Shown here one piece after another: positions 30,112-40,658 of a stretch of DNA of 64,000 nucleotides. Within the stretch, counting starts at the first letter, position 1. Each line of letters starts with the position of its first letter. The position numbers and the translations under genes are program-made. Below the pieces are notes generated by a model, which was given only the letters and a program-made list of their open reading frames with translations, had not been told where the DNA came from and searched no databases. Origin of the DNA: an uncultured Spirochaetota bacterium (lineage in GTDB: Bacteria; Spirochaetota; UBA4802; UBA5550); NCBI GenBank assembly GCA_963827275.1, contig CAWHAA010000004.1, forward strand, positions 32,001 to 96,000. The letters run 5' to 3'.

Positions 30112-31791
30112 CTATCTGATCTCCGTGCCCGCGTAGGGCCGCGCCGTGGCCGGTTTTGACAGCGCGGACTCGTGATTGTAGGGGGTGTCCGGCTTGTAGG
30201 AATCATACGCGCTCACGGAGAAATAATAGAGGACCGTGTTCTGCAGAAACGGGTACGAAAGCTTTCGCGGTTTTTCCCGGTTCCTGTTTTCCTCGATGAT
30301 GTCGTCGGTAATCGTCACCCGGACCTCGTTGCCGGGACCGTTGGTTATCCGGGCGCCGTTGACTGTCGATATGATGCCGTCGGTCCTCCCGGGGCTGGTG
30401 CCGTAGTAGATCCGGTATCCCATGATATCATGGTCGACGTTCTTTTTCCATTTGAGCGTCACGCTGCGGTTGCCCGCCTCCGCGACCTCCACGAACTGGG
30501 GCGGGGCGGGGGGAAGGTCAGGCCGGTAATCGAGCTCGATGCCGGAGATGCGGGGAGCGCGCGCGCCGTCGGGGGACGCGACCAGGTGGGCGCGCCACTG
30601 GTAATACCTGCCGCGGAGATATTCACCTTCGCCGTTTTTCACCAGGAATATCTTTTTCTGGTTGTTTGACACCCGGTACCATTTGACGGCCGTGTCGTTT
30701 TCCGTGAAGAGGCGGTCGGATATCCTGAATTCCATCCAGATGAAGGTGTCCTCGGCGAGCTCCTCCTTCCACCTGAAATCCCGTACCTGGGTGCCGCTCC
30801 CTTCGAACCTGTAGACCGGGCTGGTGACGACGCCCTCGACGTTAAAAGGTATGCGGCCGATCCTTCCGACAGAGTGATAATTCCGGTAGGCGAGCTCTGT
30901 GGTTTTCTCCAGGTCCTCGTAGTGGCGGTAGGATATCCTGAATTCATCGATGCAGCCTGAAAAGTTCGCGCCGATCGTGGCGGGCGGCGAGTCAAGGCAG
31001 CGGAGCCTGCCGTCGGCGCCGCGGTAGCCGAAGGACGGGGCGTACACGCCGTTGAACGGCTCGCCGCTTTCCGTCGCGTACCGGACCTCCTCTTCCTGCC
31101 CGTCAACCAGCTTGGTCAGCTTCCCGCTGAGACGGTCGAAGCTGAGGCTGAAATGCGTCCATTTCATCTTTGCGACGCGGCGGCCGCGCCGGAGCACCAC
31201 GTCATAGCGGTCGGAGGTGGGCTTGTCGAAGATGCCGTACAGCCCCGCGACGACCGTTCCGTTCTCGATGAATACCTCGATGCCCCTCCGCGTCCCGGAA
31301 AAATAGCCGACCCGCGAGAAGAGCATGCTCCCGTCGCGTACCTCGTACGGCTTGAACCTGAATTCGATCATAAAGGAGCCAAGGTCTTCGCAGGAGCCGA
31401 GCCACCCGGCGCGCGTGGTTTCCACCGATACGCCGTGCTCTTTCTTGAAAAAGCCGGCGCAGCCTTTACCGAGCGCGCCGTCACCTGTCACGAAATCGTA
31501 GCCGCGCCGGGTAACGCGGTAGTGGCGGGCGTCATCGCGCGCAAGGCGTGACGGCGGCGTATTGAACGAGAGCACGATGTCGGTTATGAAGAGGTCGCTT
31601 GCTTTTCGGTAGGAGAGGTCCTTTACCGTGTAGAGCGCCCCGCCGCCGGGTCCCGCCATGGCCACGGCGTTATGCAGTGATTTTTTCGGTACGCGCGTAA
31701 ACGCGATGGTCCCGCTTGAATCGGGGCGGGGAGACAGGATAAGGGTGCAGAGCACAATGGTCAGGAGCAGTCGCGTTTTGGTCTCAGGCAT
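30112..31791 (-). CDS. Exported LamG-like jellyroll + fibronectin type III protein
   Basis: WTHFSLSFD, FSGCIDEFRIS (LamG); PPAPP..VTLKW..GYRIYYG..YYFSVSAYD..ES (FN3). Start set at MPETK. Confidence 0.8.
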   Translation of the reverse strand: MPETKTRLLLTIVLCTLILSPRPDSSGTIAFTRVPKKSLHNAVAMAGPGGGALYTVKDLSYRKASDLFITDIVLSFNTPPSRLARDDARHYRVTRRGYDFVTGDGALGKGCAGFFKKEHGVSVETTRAGWLGSCEDLGSFMIEFRFKPYEVRDGSMLFSRVGYFSGTRRGIEVFIENGTVVAGLYGIFDKPTSDRYDVVLRRGRRVAKMKWTHFSLSFDRLSGKLTKLVDGQEEEVRYATESGEPFNGVYAPSFGYRGADGRLRCLDSPPATIGANFSGCIDEFRISYRHYEDLEKTTELAYRNYHSVGRIGRIPFNVEGVVTSPVYRFEGSGTQVRDFRWKEELAEDTFIWMEFRISDRLFTENDTAVKWYRVSNNQKKIFLVKNGEGEYLRGRYYQWRAHLVASPDGARAPRISGIELDYRPDLPPAPPQFVEVAEAGNRSVTLKWKKNVDHDIMGYRIYYGTSPGRTDGIISTVNGARITNGPGNEVRVTITDDIIEENRNREKPRKLSYPFLQNTVLYYFSVSAYDSYKPDTPYNHESALSKPATARPYAGTEIR

Positions 31792-31852
31792 GGCGCCTTC
31801 CCCCGGATCTATTTTTTTTCTGATATGCCGCAATGGCCGCGTGCCGGTATCG

Positions 31853-32299
31853 CTACGGTGTCGTTTCAAGCCCGTGAATTTTATCTATCCTTTTCTGGTG
31901 GCGACCGCCCTCAAAGGAGGCGTCGAGCCAGGTCGCGATGATCCGCATCGCGAGCTCGTCGCCCAGCACCCTGGCGCCCAGCGCCAGGACATTGGCGTTG
32001 TTGTGCCGCTTCGCCATCTCGGCCATGAACTCGTTGCAGCAGAGCGCTGCCCTGATGCCCCGCATCTTGTTCGCCGTTATCGCGGCGCCGATGCCGGTAC
32101 CGCAGATGACGATCCCTTTCTCGAGCGTGCCGTCCTGTATCTTGCGGCAGAGCCGGGAGACGTAGTCGGGGTAATCGCACGATTCGGCGCTGTGCGTCCC
32201 GACATCATCGAACTCCATAGCGCTGAAATGGCGCTTCACCGCTTCCTTGAGCGCGTACCCGCCGTGATCCGATGCTATGCCGATTGCCCTGTTGCCCAT
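31853..32299 (-). CDS. rpiB: Ribose-5-phosphate isomerase B
   Basis: ASDHGG, CGTGIG, ANK, HNNANVL, FEGGRH. Confidence 0.95.
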   Translation of the reverse strand: MGNRAIGIASDHGGYALKEAVKRHFSAMEFDDVGTHSAESCDYPDYVSRLCRKIQDGTLEKGIVICGTGIGAAITANKMRGIRAALCCNEFMAEMAKRHNNANVLALGARVLGDELAMRIIATWLDASFEGGRHQKRIDKIHGLETTP

Positions 32300-32636
32300 C
32301 TCTCATGCTCCTGCACTTCCGTATGTGACATACAGCTGGAATTTTATCAATACTATTTTATGGAATGGCCAAAAAAGAGGGTGCGGCCCGGTACGCGGCC
32401 CGGCGATATGCTCCCGCTCAAACGGATTTTCCGATCGTGAGCGGGCACGGCAGGCGCGTGGAGTGCCGGCCGTGCGGAACGGTCCGGGAACTGACACGGT
32501 GTTCGTAGTGCGCGGACGCTGCTATCATTCGCGTCCCGGGCCAGGCAGCGCAGGGGGAACGCGCGCACGGCGGCTGTTCCGGCGATAGTGATTTCCCTCC
32601 AAAAGAGTTCGCTGACGATATCAGTGTATGATGAAG

Positions 32637-32970
32637 TTATCCACAATTTATAAACAGAACGGGATAGCTCCCTGTGCCGGGTCAGGTCGCATCGATATTG
32701 TATCCTGTATGAACCGGCGTGGAATCTCTGAAAATTTGCGGTTGAGAGTAACTGCTGAATTTTCCAGCGGATGATCAATTATGTCGCATAGTATACCGCT
32801 CACTGCATATTTATGCGACATAAAGATGGCACAGAAAAATTGTAACGTAAAAAAACCCGCTTTTCCAGAGTTTCTGTGGATACTGTGGATAACTTTGTGG
32901 ATAACATGACAAATTTAACAATAGTGTTGTTTTTTTATTGCATATTTTCATGATCTTTTTAGTTTCAACT
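32637..32970. promoter_or_regulatory. DnaA-box cluster (candidate oriC or DnaA regulatory site)
   Basis: Perfect TTATCCACA at 32637-45 (+), 32884-92 (-) and 32896-904 (-). One-mismatch boxes at 32648, 32861 and 32875. AT-rich tract at 32905-32970. Confidence 0.65.
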
Positions 32971-33066
32971 CGTCCTGATCCGATGATATACCTATGGGGG
33001 TACTGTTCGGAGCAGTGAATGAAACCGCATGCTGCATGGAATGCGATGCCCAGGAGCGTGATGACA

Positions 33067-33885
33067 ATGGCGTACACATTTTACCAGGTTGAAAAGAAGC
33101 CGCCGATTGCGTGGGTGTATCTGAACAGGCCGGAAAAGAAGAACGCGATGAACGCGCCGGCGTGGACGGAGCTGATACCGATCATGAAGGAGCTGGATGA
33201 GGATGATGAGGTGCGCGCCGTCATTCTCGCCGGACAGGGCTCGATCTTCTGCGGCGGCATAGACCTCATCGGAATAATACCGGAGCTGCCGGAGCTGACT
33301 GAAAAGGAGCAGAAGGGCGGGACCAAGCTCAGCCTCTACGGCAAGATCCTCAAGATGCAGGAGGGGCTCTCCTGCATCGAGCGGTGCCGGAAGCCGGTCA
33401 TTGCGGCGGTGCACGGAAAGTGCATCGGCGCGGGGCTCGACATGATCTGCGCCTGTGACATACGCCTCTGCACGGATGACGCGGAGTTTTCCCTGCGCGA
33501 GGCCGCGGTCGCGATCGTGGCCGACATGGGGGTGCTCCAGCGGATCTCGAACATCGTGGGGCAGGGTGTTGCCCGCGAGCTGGCCTACACGGCGAAGAAT
33601 ATTTCCGCCAAACGCGCCCTCGCGGTCAACCTTGTCAATGAAACATTCAAGGACCGGGACGGGCTCATGAACGCGGCGGAGGAGATGGCCCGGGAGATCG
33701 CGGCCAATTCACCTCTTGCCGTAAGGGCGGCGAAGATGGTGCTTAACCAGATGTTCGCTGCACGGGTGCATGACAGCCTGATGTTCAACGCCGCGCTGAG
33801 CACGTGTATCATCCCGTCGAACGACCTGTATGAAGCGGTGGGCGCGTTCAGCCAGAAGCGCAAGCCGTCGTTTACCGGGTCATGA
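33067..33885 (+). CDS. Crotonase / enoyl-CoA hydratase-isomerase (dienoyl-CoA isomerase-like)
   Basis: LNRPEKKNAM, FCGGIDL, KPVIAAVHGKCIGAG, ADMGVLQR. Confidence 0.9.
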   Translation: MAYTFYQVEKKPPIAWVYLNRPEKKNAMNAPAWTELIPIMKELDEDDEVRAVILAGQGSIFCGGIDLIGIIPELPELTEKEQKGGTKLSLYGKILKMQEGLSCIERCRKPVIAAVHGKCIGAGLDMICACDIRLCTDDAEFSLREAAVAIVADMGVLQRISNIVGQGVARELAYTAKNISAKRALAVNLVNETFKDRDGLMNAAEEMAREIAANSPLAVRAAKMVLNQMFAARVHDSLMFNAALSTCIIPSNDLYEAVGAFSQKRKPSFTGS

Positions 33886-33971
33886 GAACCGGCGCCGGTC
33901 GCGGTGACAAAATTTTCTTGATTATATTGGGTGCATCGATTACGATGCATCATTCCGGGATATGAAAGGAT

Positions 33972-34967
33972 ATGAAGATCACGATCAAACAATACCATGG
34001 CAGGTTCCGGCTTAAATTCACCGAGAACTATTATCTTTTCAGGAAGAAATTCCTGAAGCTGTGGGACAGCTTTGTGGAGAAGGGCCATGAAAAGATGACC
34101 GTCATGTTCATCCCGCACAATGAGCAGAAGATATTCAATTTCCAGATTTCAAAATTCACCATCCTCTTTTTCCTGTTCCTGTTCCTGGTCGTCCTGGTGA
34201 CGTCGTCATACGCGGTGATCCGCAACGCGGCGGTGAAGCGCGAGGAGCAGCGTCTCCTCATGACCTACGAGGACATACGTTCGCACCTGCTGCGGTTCGA
34301 GAAGCTGACCAACAGCGTGTCCGAGCTGGTCGATGAAATGAAGCCGGACGTGGAGGAGCTGTACGAGCTCACCGCGGGCCCCGAGGAGCTTGACCGGATA
34401 TGGGACCTCGACGAGGTCGACCGGAAGGACTACGCCGAGCTGAAGAAGCTCCAGAACATCCTTCCCGAGGAGATCTTCACCATCAAGGACCTGCAGAAGA
34501 ACATCGTCTGCACCACGAACACGATCAAGACCGTCAAGAATTTCGTTGACGTGCGGAGCAAGGTGGTTCGGGACACCCCGTCCCTCGTGCCGAATTCCGG
34601 GCACATCACGTCCCTGTTCGGCTGGCGGCGGTCGCCCTTCGGACACGGGCGGGACTTCCATTCGGGGATCGATATCGCGGCCCCCGGCGGCATGGAGATC
34701 CGGGCGACGGCGCCGGGGGTGATCGTATCGGCCGGCTGGGGAGGCGGGTACGGATGGATGGTCCGGATACAGCACAAGTACGGTTTTGAATCGGTCTACG
34801 CGCACTGCATGAGGGTCGCCGTCTCACACGGCCAGAGCGTCAAGAAGGGCGAGGTCATCGGCTATGTGGGCCAGACAGGCAACGCCACCGGGAACCACTG
34901 CCACTACGAAATACGGCTCGGCAACATTCCGATAAATCCATATCCATACATGAGCAGGATATGGTGA
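33972..34967 (+). CDS. Membrane-anchored M23 family metallopeptidase
   Basis: TM segment, coiled coil, HSGID, YAH, HCHYE. Confidence 0.9.
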   Translation: MKITIKQYHGRFRLKFTENYYLFRKKFLKLWDSFVEKGHEKMTVMFIPHNEQKIFNFQISKFTILFFLFLFLVVLVTSSYAVIRNAAVKREEQRLLMTYEDIRSHLLRFEKLTNSVSELVDEMKPDVEELYELTAGPEELDRIWDLDEVDRKDYAELKKLQNILPEEIFTIKDLQKNIVCTTNTIKTVKNFVDVRSKVVRDTPSLVPNSGHITSLFGWRRSPFGHGRDFHSGIDIAAPGGMEIRATAPGVIVSAGWGGGYGWMVRIQHKYGFESVYAHCMRVAVSHGQSVKKGEVIGYVGQTGNATGNHCHYEIRLGNIPINPYPYMSRIW

Positions 34968-34994
34968 TCATAGCAATGGTCACCGTGCCGCGGT

Positions 34995-37900
34995 ATGCTA
35001 AAGCAGCTGTCCACCTATATACGGTTTGCGCTGATGGCTGGGACGCTTACCGCCATAGTGATCGCCAATTCCAAGGAGCAGGGCTTTCGTAACAGGCTGC
35101 TCGACTATATCGACGACAATGCCGTGGCCGAGGAGCCGGCGCTCATCATGACCGATCCGTCGGATGATGAGACCCTCGCCGATACCTACGATTCCCTTGC
35201 ATACCATCCCGGCGACTGGGATGATTACATTCTCTACCCGCGCTACCGGGACCTTGAAAACAGGGAGAAGCGCCTGTCCCTGTACGAAAGCAGCGATGTC
35301 AATATCATCACCTATGGCTCCCTGAACCTTGAGCTCAGCTACGGCCAGTCGTTTTTTACAAAAAAAAGGTACCAGCAGATCGAGATGGACAAGGCGGAAT
35401 CCCAGCTGATAAAGTCGGGATTTCATCCGAAGCAGGAGCTCCAGCTGCACATCGAGGGAACGATCGGCGACCGCATGACGATTTATGTCGACCATGACAG
35501 CCGGAAGAAAGACAACCATTACCTCTTTAAATACCGCGCGCTGCGCGACGACGAATTGATCCGCGAGCTGAACGCCGGGGAGATAGACATCAACTTCCAG
35601 GGATCGAAATACGCCGTCTATGACAACAACACCGCGAAAGGACTCGGGGTCGATCTCACCCTCCAGAAAAACCGGTTCACGTTCAGGGCCTTCGGGAGCG
35701 TCACCCAGGGGACCACGGAGATGGAGATCTTCCGCGGGAATTCCATGCCCGGCAATATCAAGCTGTCGGAATTCCAGTATGTCAGGGGCGTGTACTACCA
35801 GATCGAGCCGCTGCTGCGCTATGGGATCAACCTGGGGCCGCCGCCCCCTCCCTTCCCGGCCAACTATGAGCGAAGGCCGGTCAATATTAACCCGTCCGGC
35901 TTTGAGCTGTGGATGGACGACCAGGACCCCTACAACAACCAGAATGCGACCGAGCTGCCGACCTACGGCGGCTTTTATAACAGGCTCCAGGCAGGGACCG
36001 ACTACACCATCAATTTCACCACCGGCCTCATCAGGTTCACGAGGCCGCTGGCGGACAAGGCGCGCGTGTTCGCCCTTTATACCCTCCTGGGCGCGACGAC
36101 CGATCCCTATGTACTCGCGCCGGGGGACGGCCGGCACCCCGGCGGCCCGTTCGCGGGGAAAAATTTTGTTTTTCTGAAATACGGCTACTCCCTTGAAGAT
36201 GACCCGGTTCCCGGCCAGGACCACACGAGGCAGGACCTCTATGAGGTCCGCTCCTTCTACAGCATGGGGGACCGCTATATACTCCCCAATAATTTCGCCA
36301 TAAGCTTCTTCCTGGAAAACGGGATCATGCGCGACGCCGACATCAGGAGCCTGGGCCGGTATTCAGTGGATTATACCAACGGCGTGATCGAGTTTGTCTA
36401 CCGCGAGCCGTTCAAGGAGCTCCTCCTCGCAAACGGGACCGCCGGGCAGATCTACACCGAGCACCAGCCCGCCAACGTGTATGATTATTCGCGGTACCGG
36501 ATCAAGCTGGATTACATGAAAGAGGCGCGGAGTTTCCAGCTCGCTCACCTGAACATCATACCGAACAGCGTGGTGGTGAAGGTTGACGGGAGGAAGGTCG
36601 CGGATAACCTCTACACCGTCGATTACACGGCGGGATACATCACCTTCAACAACTCGGGCAACCCCCTCATCGGTCAGCAGACGGTCATTGAAATACGGTA
36701 TGAATACCTTCCCCAGGAGGGGCAGCAGCAGGAGTTCGTCGGCGGGTTCAGGGGGGAGTACGAGTTCAGCCGGGACCTGAAGGTCGGCGGCAGCATGATC
36801 TACTCGCGCTCCGGCGGTGACGAAACGATCCCCACCGAGGGGAATGAGCCGACGCAGAACATCTTTTTCGAAGGCGACGCAGCGCTGCATCTTGACGGCC
36901 GCCGGCTCGCGCAGGTCGCCAACATCTTTACGCGTGAAAAGAGGAAGGAGGTGCCGGTCGAAATAAACGGGTACGCCGAATACGCGAAAAGCTACCGGAA
37001 CGTGAACACCTTCGGCAAGGCCCTCGTGGACAACATGGAAGCGTCTGAGGACGCGGTGATCCTCTCCATGTACGAGCGGGACTGGGTCCTCTCCTCGCCG
37101 CCGTCCGGGGCGACGAACCGCGCGCTCCTGAACTACTATTACTTCAGAAATCCCGCGAGCCCGGCGCTGCTGCGGGGGATCGAGTACTCGCTCGTCGCGC
37201 CGAAGGTGGATTACGCGATCAAGGCCGGCCCTTTTAACGTGGCGACCGGCCACGTGCTGAACTCTGCCGTGAGCCTTGACTCGCAGTGGTCGCTTGTCTT
37301 TGATTTTTCTGATGACCCCGTGGCGGGCCCGGGCGACTTCGTGTCCGCCGTGACGCGTACCCTCGGGAAGGAGGCGGTGGACCTCTCCGGCGCGCAGTAT
37401 GCCGAGATCTCGTACTGGTATCAGCACGCCTCCGGCGGGGCCGCACCCTCCCTCAACGTGCAGGTCGGGAAGATAGACGAGGACGCCGACGGGGACGGCG
37501 TGCTTGACACCGAGGATATCAATGCCAACGGGATCATCGATTACGATCCCCAGTCCGGCGTGTCGGAGGACATCGGCTACGCCTTCAACGAGGCCGGGCA
37601 TTCCGCCACCAGGATCGGCGGCGGAATCGACCTCACGCGGCTCACCCGGGGCGACGGGGTCCTCACCAGCGAGGACCTGAACGGAAACGGCTCCCTCGAT
37701 GTCGTTGAAAATGTCTATTCGCTGCCGGCACTCCCCCTCCCGACGACCGATCAGGGCTGGAAAGTTGCCCGCATCTACTTCGACCAGACGACGATGACAC
37801 AGAGCGAGATAAACCTGATGAAGGAGGTGGAGGCGGTGCGGGTCTCTATCGCCAAGGCCGGCGGGGTCGCCGGCCGGCTCTTTGTCGATTCGATCAAGTT

Positions 37901-40638
37901 CGTCTCCACCAAGTGGCGGGAGACAAAGCTCGATGCGAACCCCGCGTCCCCCGACAACCTGAAGGTGATGGCGATCAATAACTACGAGGACGATGAATAC
38001 CGCTGGGAGGCGTTTTCCCTTGTCATGAAGGAGGCGTACAAGGCCATGTACGGGGTCAAGAGCAACCAGGAGCTCCTGACGGAGCGTGAAACGGCCCTGA
38101 AGCTTGAGTATTTCATCCCCGCGGGGTACACGCACGTGTCCGCGACCCGGCGTTTTTCAAAGCCGATGGATTTCCGCAATTACAAGAGCCTTTCCGCCTG
38201 GGTGAACGTCAGGGCCTACACGCCCGGCGACAATGTCGCCCTGATCATAGGGTCTTCCGATACCGATTACCTCGTGTACAAGATGGCGATGGGATTTCCG
38301 CGGGTGTGGCAGGAGATGAAAATCCGCCTGCAGGAAAATTCCGGCGGCATCGTGTTCCCCAGCGAGATGGCGGGGCTCCCTGACCTGAAGCGGATCCGGT
38401 ATCTGAAAATCGCGGTCTTTTCATCCGCCCCCCCGAGCACCGGCTCGCTCTGGGTGGACGAGCTGTACCTTTCCGAACCGGAAGTCCAGGAGGACTCGGC
38501 CTACTGGTATGAAGGGGAAATAAAGATCACCAAGCCGTTCTACCGCACCAGGGAAGGAATGCCGGTCATGTCCGACTTCACCGTCAAGTATGTGCAGAAG
38601 GGGCACGGCGCAAAGTTCAGCACGATAGGCCTGAAGCCGCAGGACATTGAGGAGAACGTGAAGCAGGTGTTTTCATCGTTCAACATCCTTCCGAACTGGA
38701 GCACGAAGATCGACTACATCCGGGAGGACTCGGACACCGACAGCCTGAATGAAGAAGTGGAAGAGGCGCGAAGGGGCGCAACGACAAAGGACAATGTCGT
38801 GCTGGTGACCGATTACATTTCCAACATGAACGCCGTTCCCAGCGTCAAATTCATGTATAAGTATGACAGGTATAAGAACAGGCTGAACGAGCGGATTTCA
38901 AATTACGAGATCACGCGCAACAGGATGCAGCTTAACCACGCGCCGGTGGTCCACTACCGGCAGACGATAGACAAGTTCCTGTGGGGGCGGTGGACCAGCG
39001 AATTCCTCTTCAACATGCTTTTCAAAGAGGAAGAGATAAAGCGCACGTCCTACCAGATGGGCATCGAGGACCTGATGGCCGTGGCCTCGGTGCTGGAGAT
39101 TGAAAAGCGTCAGCGAACCGAGGCCCGCTATAACCTTGAATACCTGCACCGCTTCTTCTATCTGCGGCCTTCTATCGCGGCGGGCTCGGAAGAGGTGGTG
39201 ACCTGGCTCGGGAAGTCGGCGGTGAACAACACGGACATCTCCTACAATATAAACGGCGACTACCATTTTCCCTTCGTGTACGGCAAGAATTGCAAGTTCG
39301 TCGAGCGGAACAAGGCGTACAGCCTCTCCGCGGGACTTAACGATTTCGGCTATGTCGCTCCGGGGTGTAAGGTGGATATCCAGTATTTTGAAAACAGGTT
39401 CCGCGATTATAACCTCGTGAATGTTCCCCTCTACGGGTTCAGCAGGGCGAAGGACGCCCGGACGCTTGTTTCCACGAACATCGACCTCCCCGTCTACCTG
39501 CACAAGGTCAGGCTGCTGAACTTCATCAGGACCTTTTCCTTTAACTATAACCGCTCCCTCTATTTTACGGAGACCAATGTCCCCTACGAGAAGGAGCAGA
39601 AGGACCCGTATGACGAAAAATACGGCATCACGCGGACAGTGGGCAGGCTGGCCAGCGCAGGCTTCAACATGTTCAGCTATTTTCCCTTCTGCTTTTTCAC
39701 CGGCAGGCGCAACTATGCCAGGGGCCGCGATTACGTCTTCTCCACCATGAACGTCCCCGTCCTGTTCGCGGACGGAACGACCGCCTCGGAGTACAACAAT
39801 AATCTGCGGCTCCTTGATAATTTTACTGCGAACTGGTCTGCCGACCTCGGCAAGGTGACCATCACGTCCAATGCAGGGCTGCACCAGATCTGCGAGCGCC
39901 AGAACATCTACGGGATCCCCGCCCAGACGGTCACCGCGGGCTTTGAGGTCAACCTGAATTTTGACCTGATGAAGCTCATTCGTGCATGGATCTTCAGGCC
40001 GAACAGGGAGGGATTGCCCTACCATGCCGCGTTCCTCACGGCAGGCTACAAGTTCGATACCAACATGCTCGTCACGCAGAACATACAGGAGGACGTGCAT
40101 GCGCCGCGCATCGGCCTCAGCTTCAAACGCGACCGGGCGAGCGTCTCCATCGAGTTTGGCGTGGAGGTAAAAAAGAAGGTAAGCGAATTCTTTATATCAT
40201 ACAACCCCCTGAACCGGTCGTTCAGGGACCAGATATACATCGACAATATGCCGTATAACCTTTTCTACCGCGATAGCGACTACGGCTACACCCTCTCAGT
40301 TCCTTTTCGAGACGGACGTGATGTGGATATACAAGTTCTTTTCCCTCTTTTACCGGCTCACCGCGTTCCCGATCTACACGCTTGAATATTCGATGAAGAT
40401 CAACCGGTATGACTACCTGGTCACCGCGTCGCCCGAGCCGTATGACCTTCACCTGATAAGCAGCAAGCTCACCCTCGACCTTCACAAGAACATCCAGGGC
40501 GGGCTCAGCGCGAAGGTGGCGGTGGAGCAGTACCGGAACAGGAAGCGGCGCTGGCTGAACATGGCACTGAACAACCAGGAGTACCAGAGGGAGATAGTGT
40601 CATTCGAGGTGGGCGCCAACTTTACCCTCCTGTTCTGA
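34995..40638 (+). CDS. SprA/Sov-like giant outer-membrane beta-barrel protein, ~1880 aa after correcting a +1 frameshift at ~40298
   Basis: Collinear SprA-like blocks: QELQLHIEGTIGDRMTIYVDHDS..IRELNAGEI, three (D/L/R)Y.(V/I)(D/N)(Y/F)T.G repeats, ALVDNME, EDLNGNG, DFRNYKSL, GSLWVDELYL. The corrected C-terminus ends GANFTLLF, a beta-signal. Confidence 0.75.
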
Positions 40639-40658
40639 TACAGGACGCCCGGCCGGCG

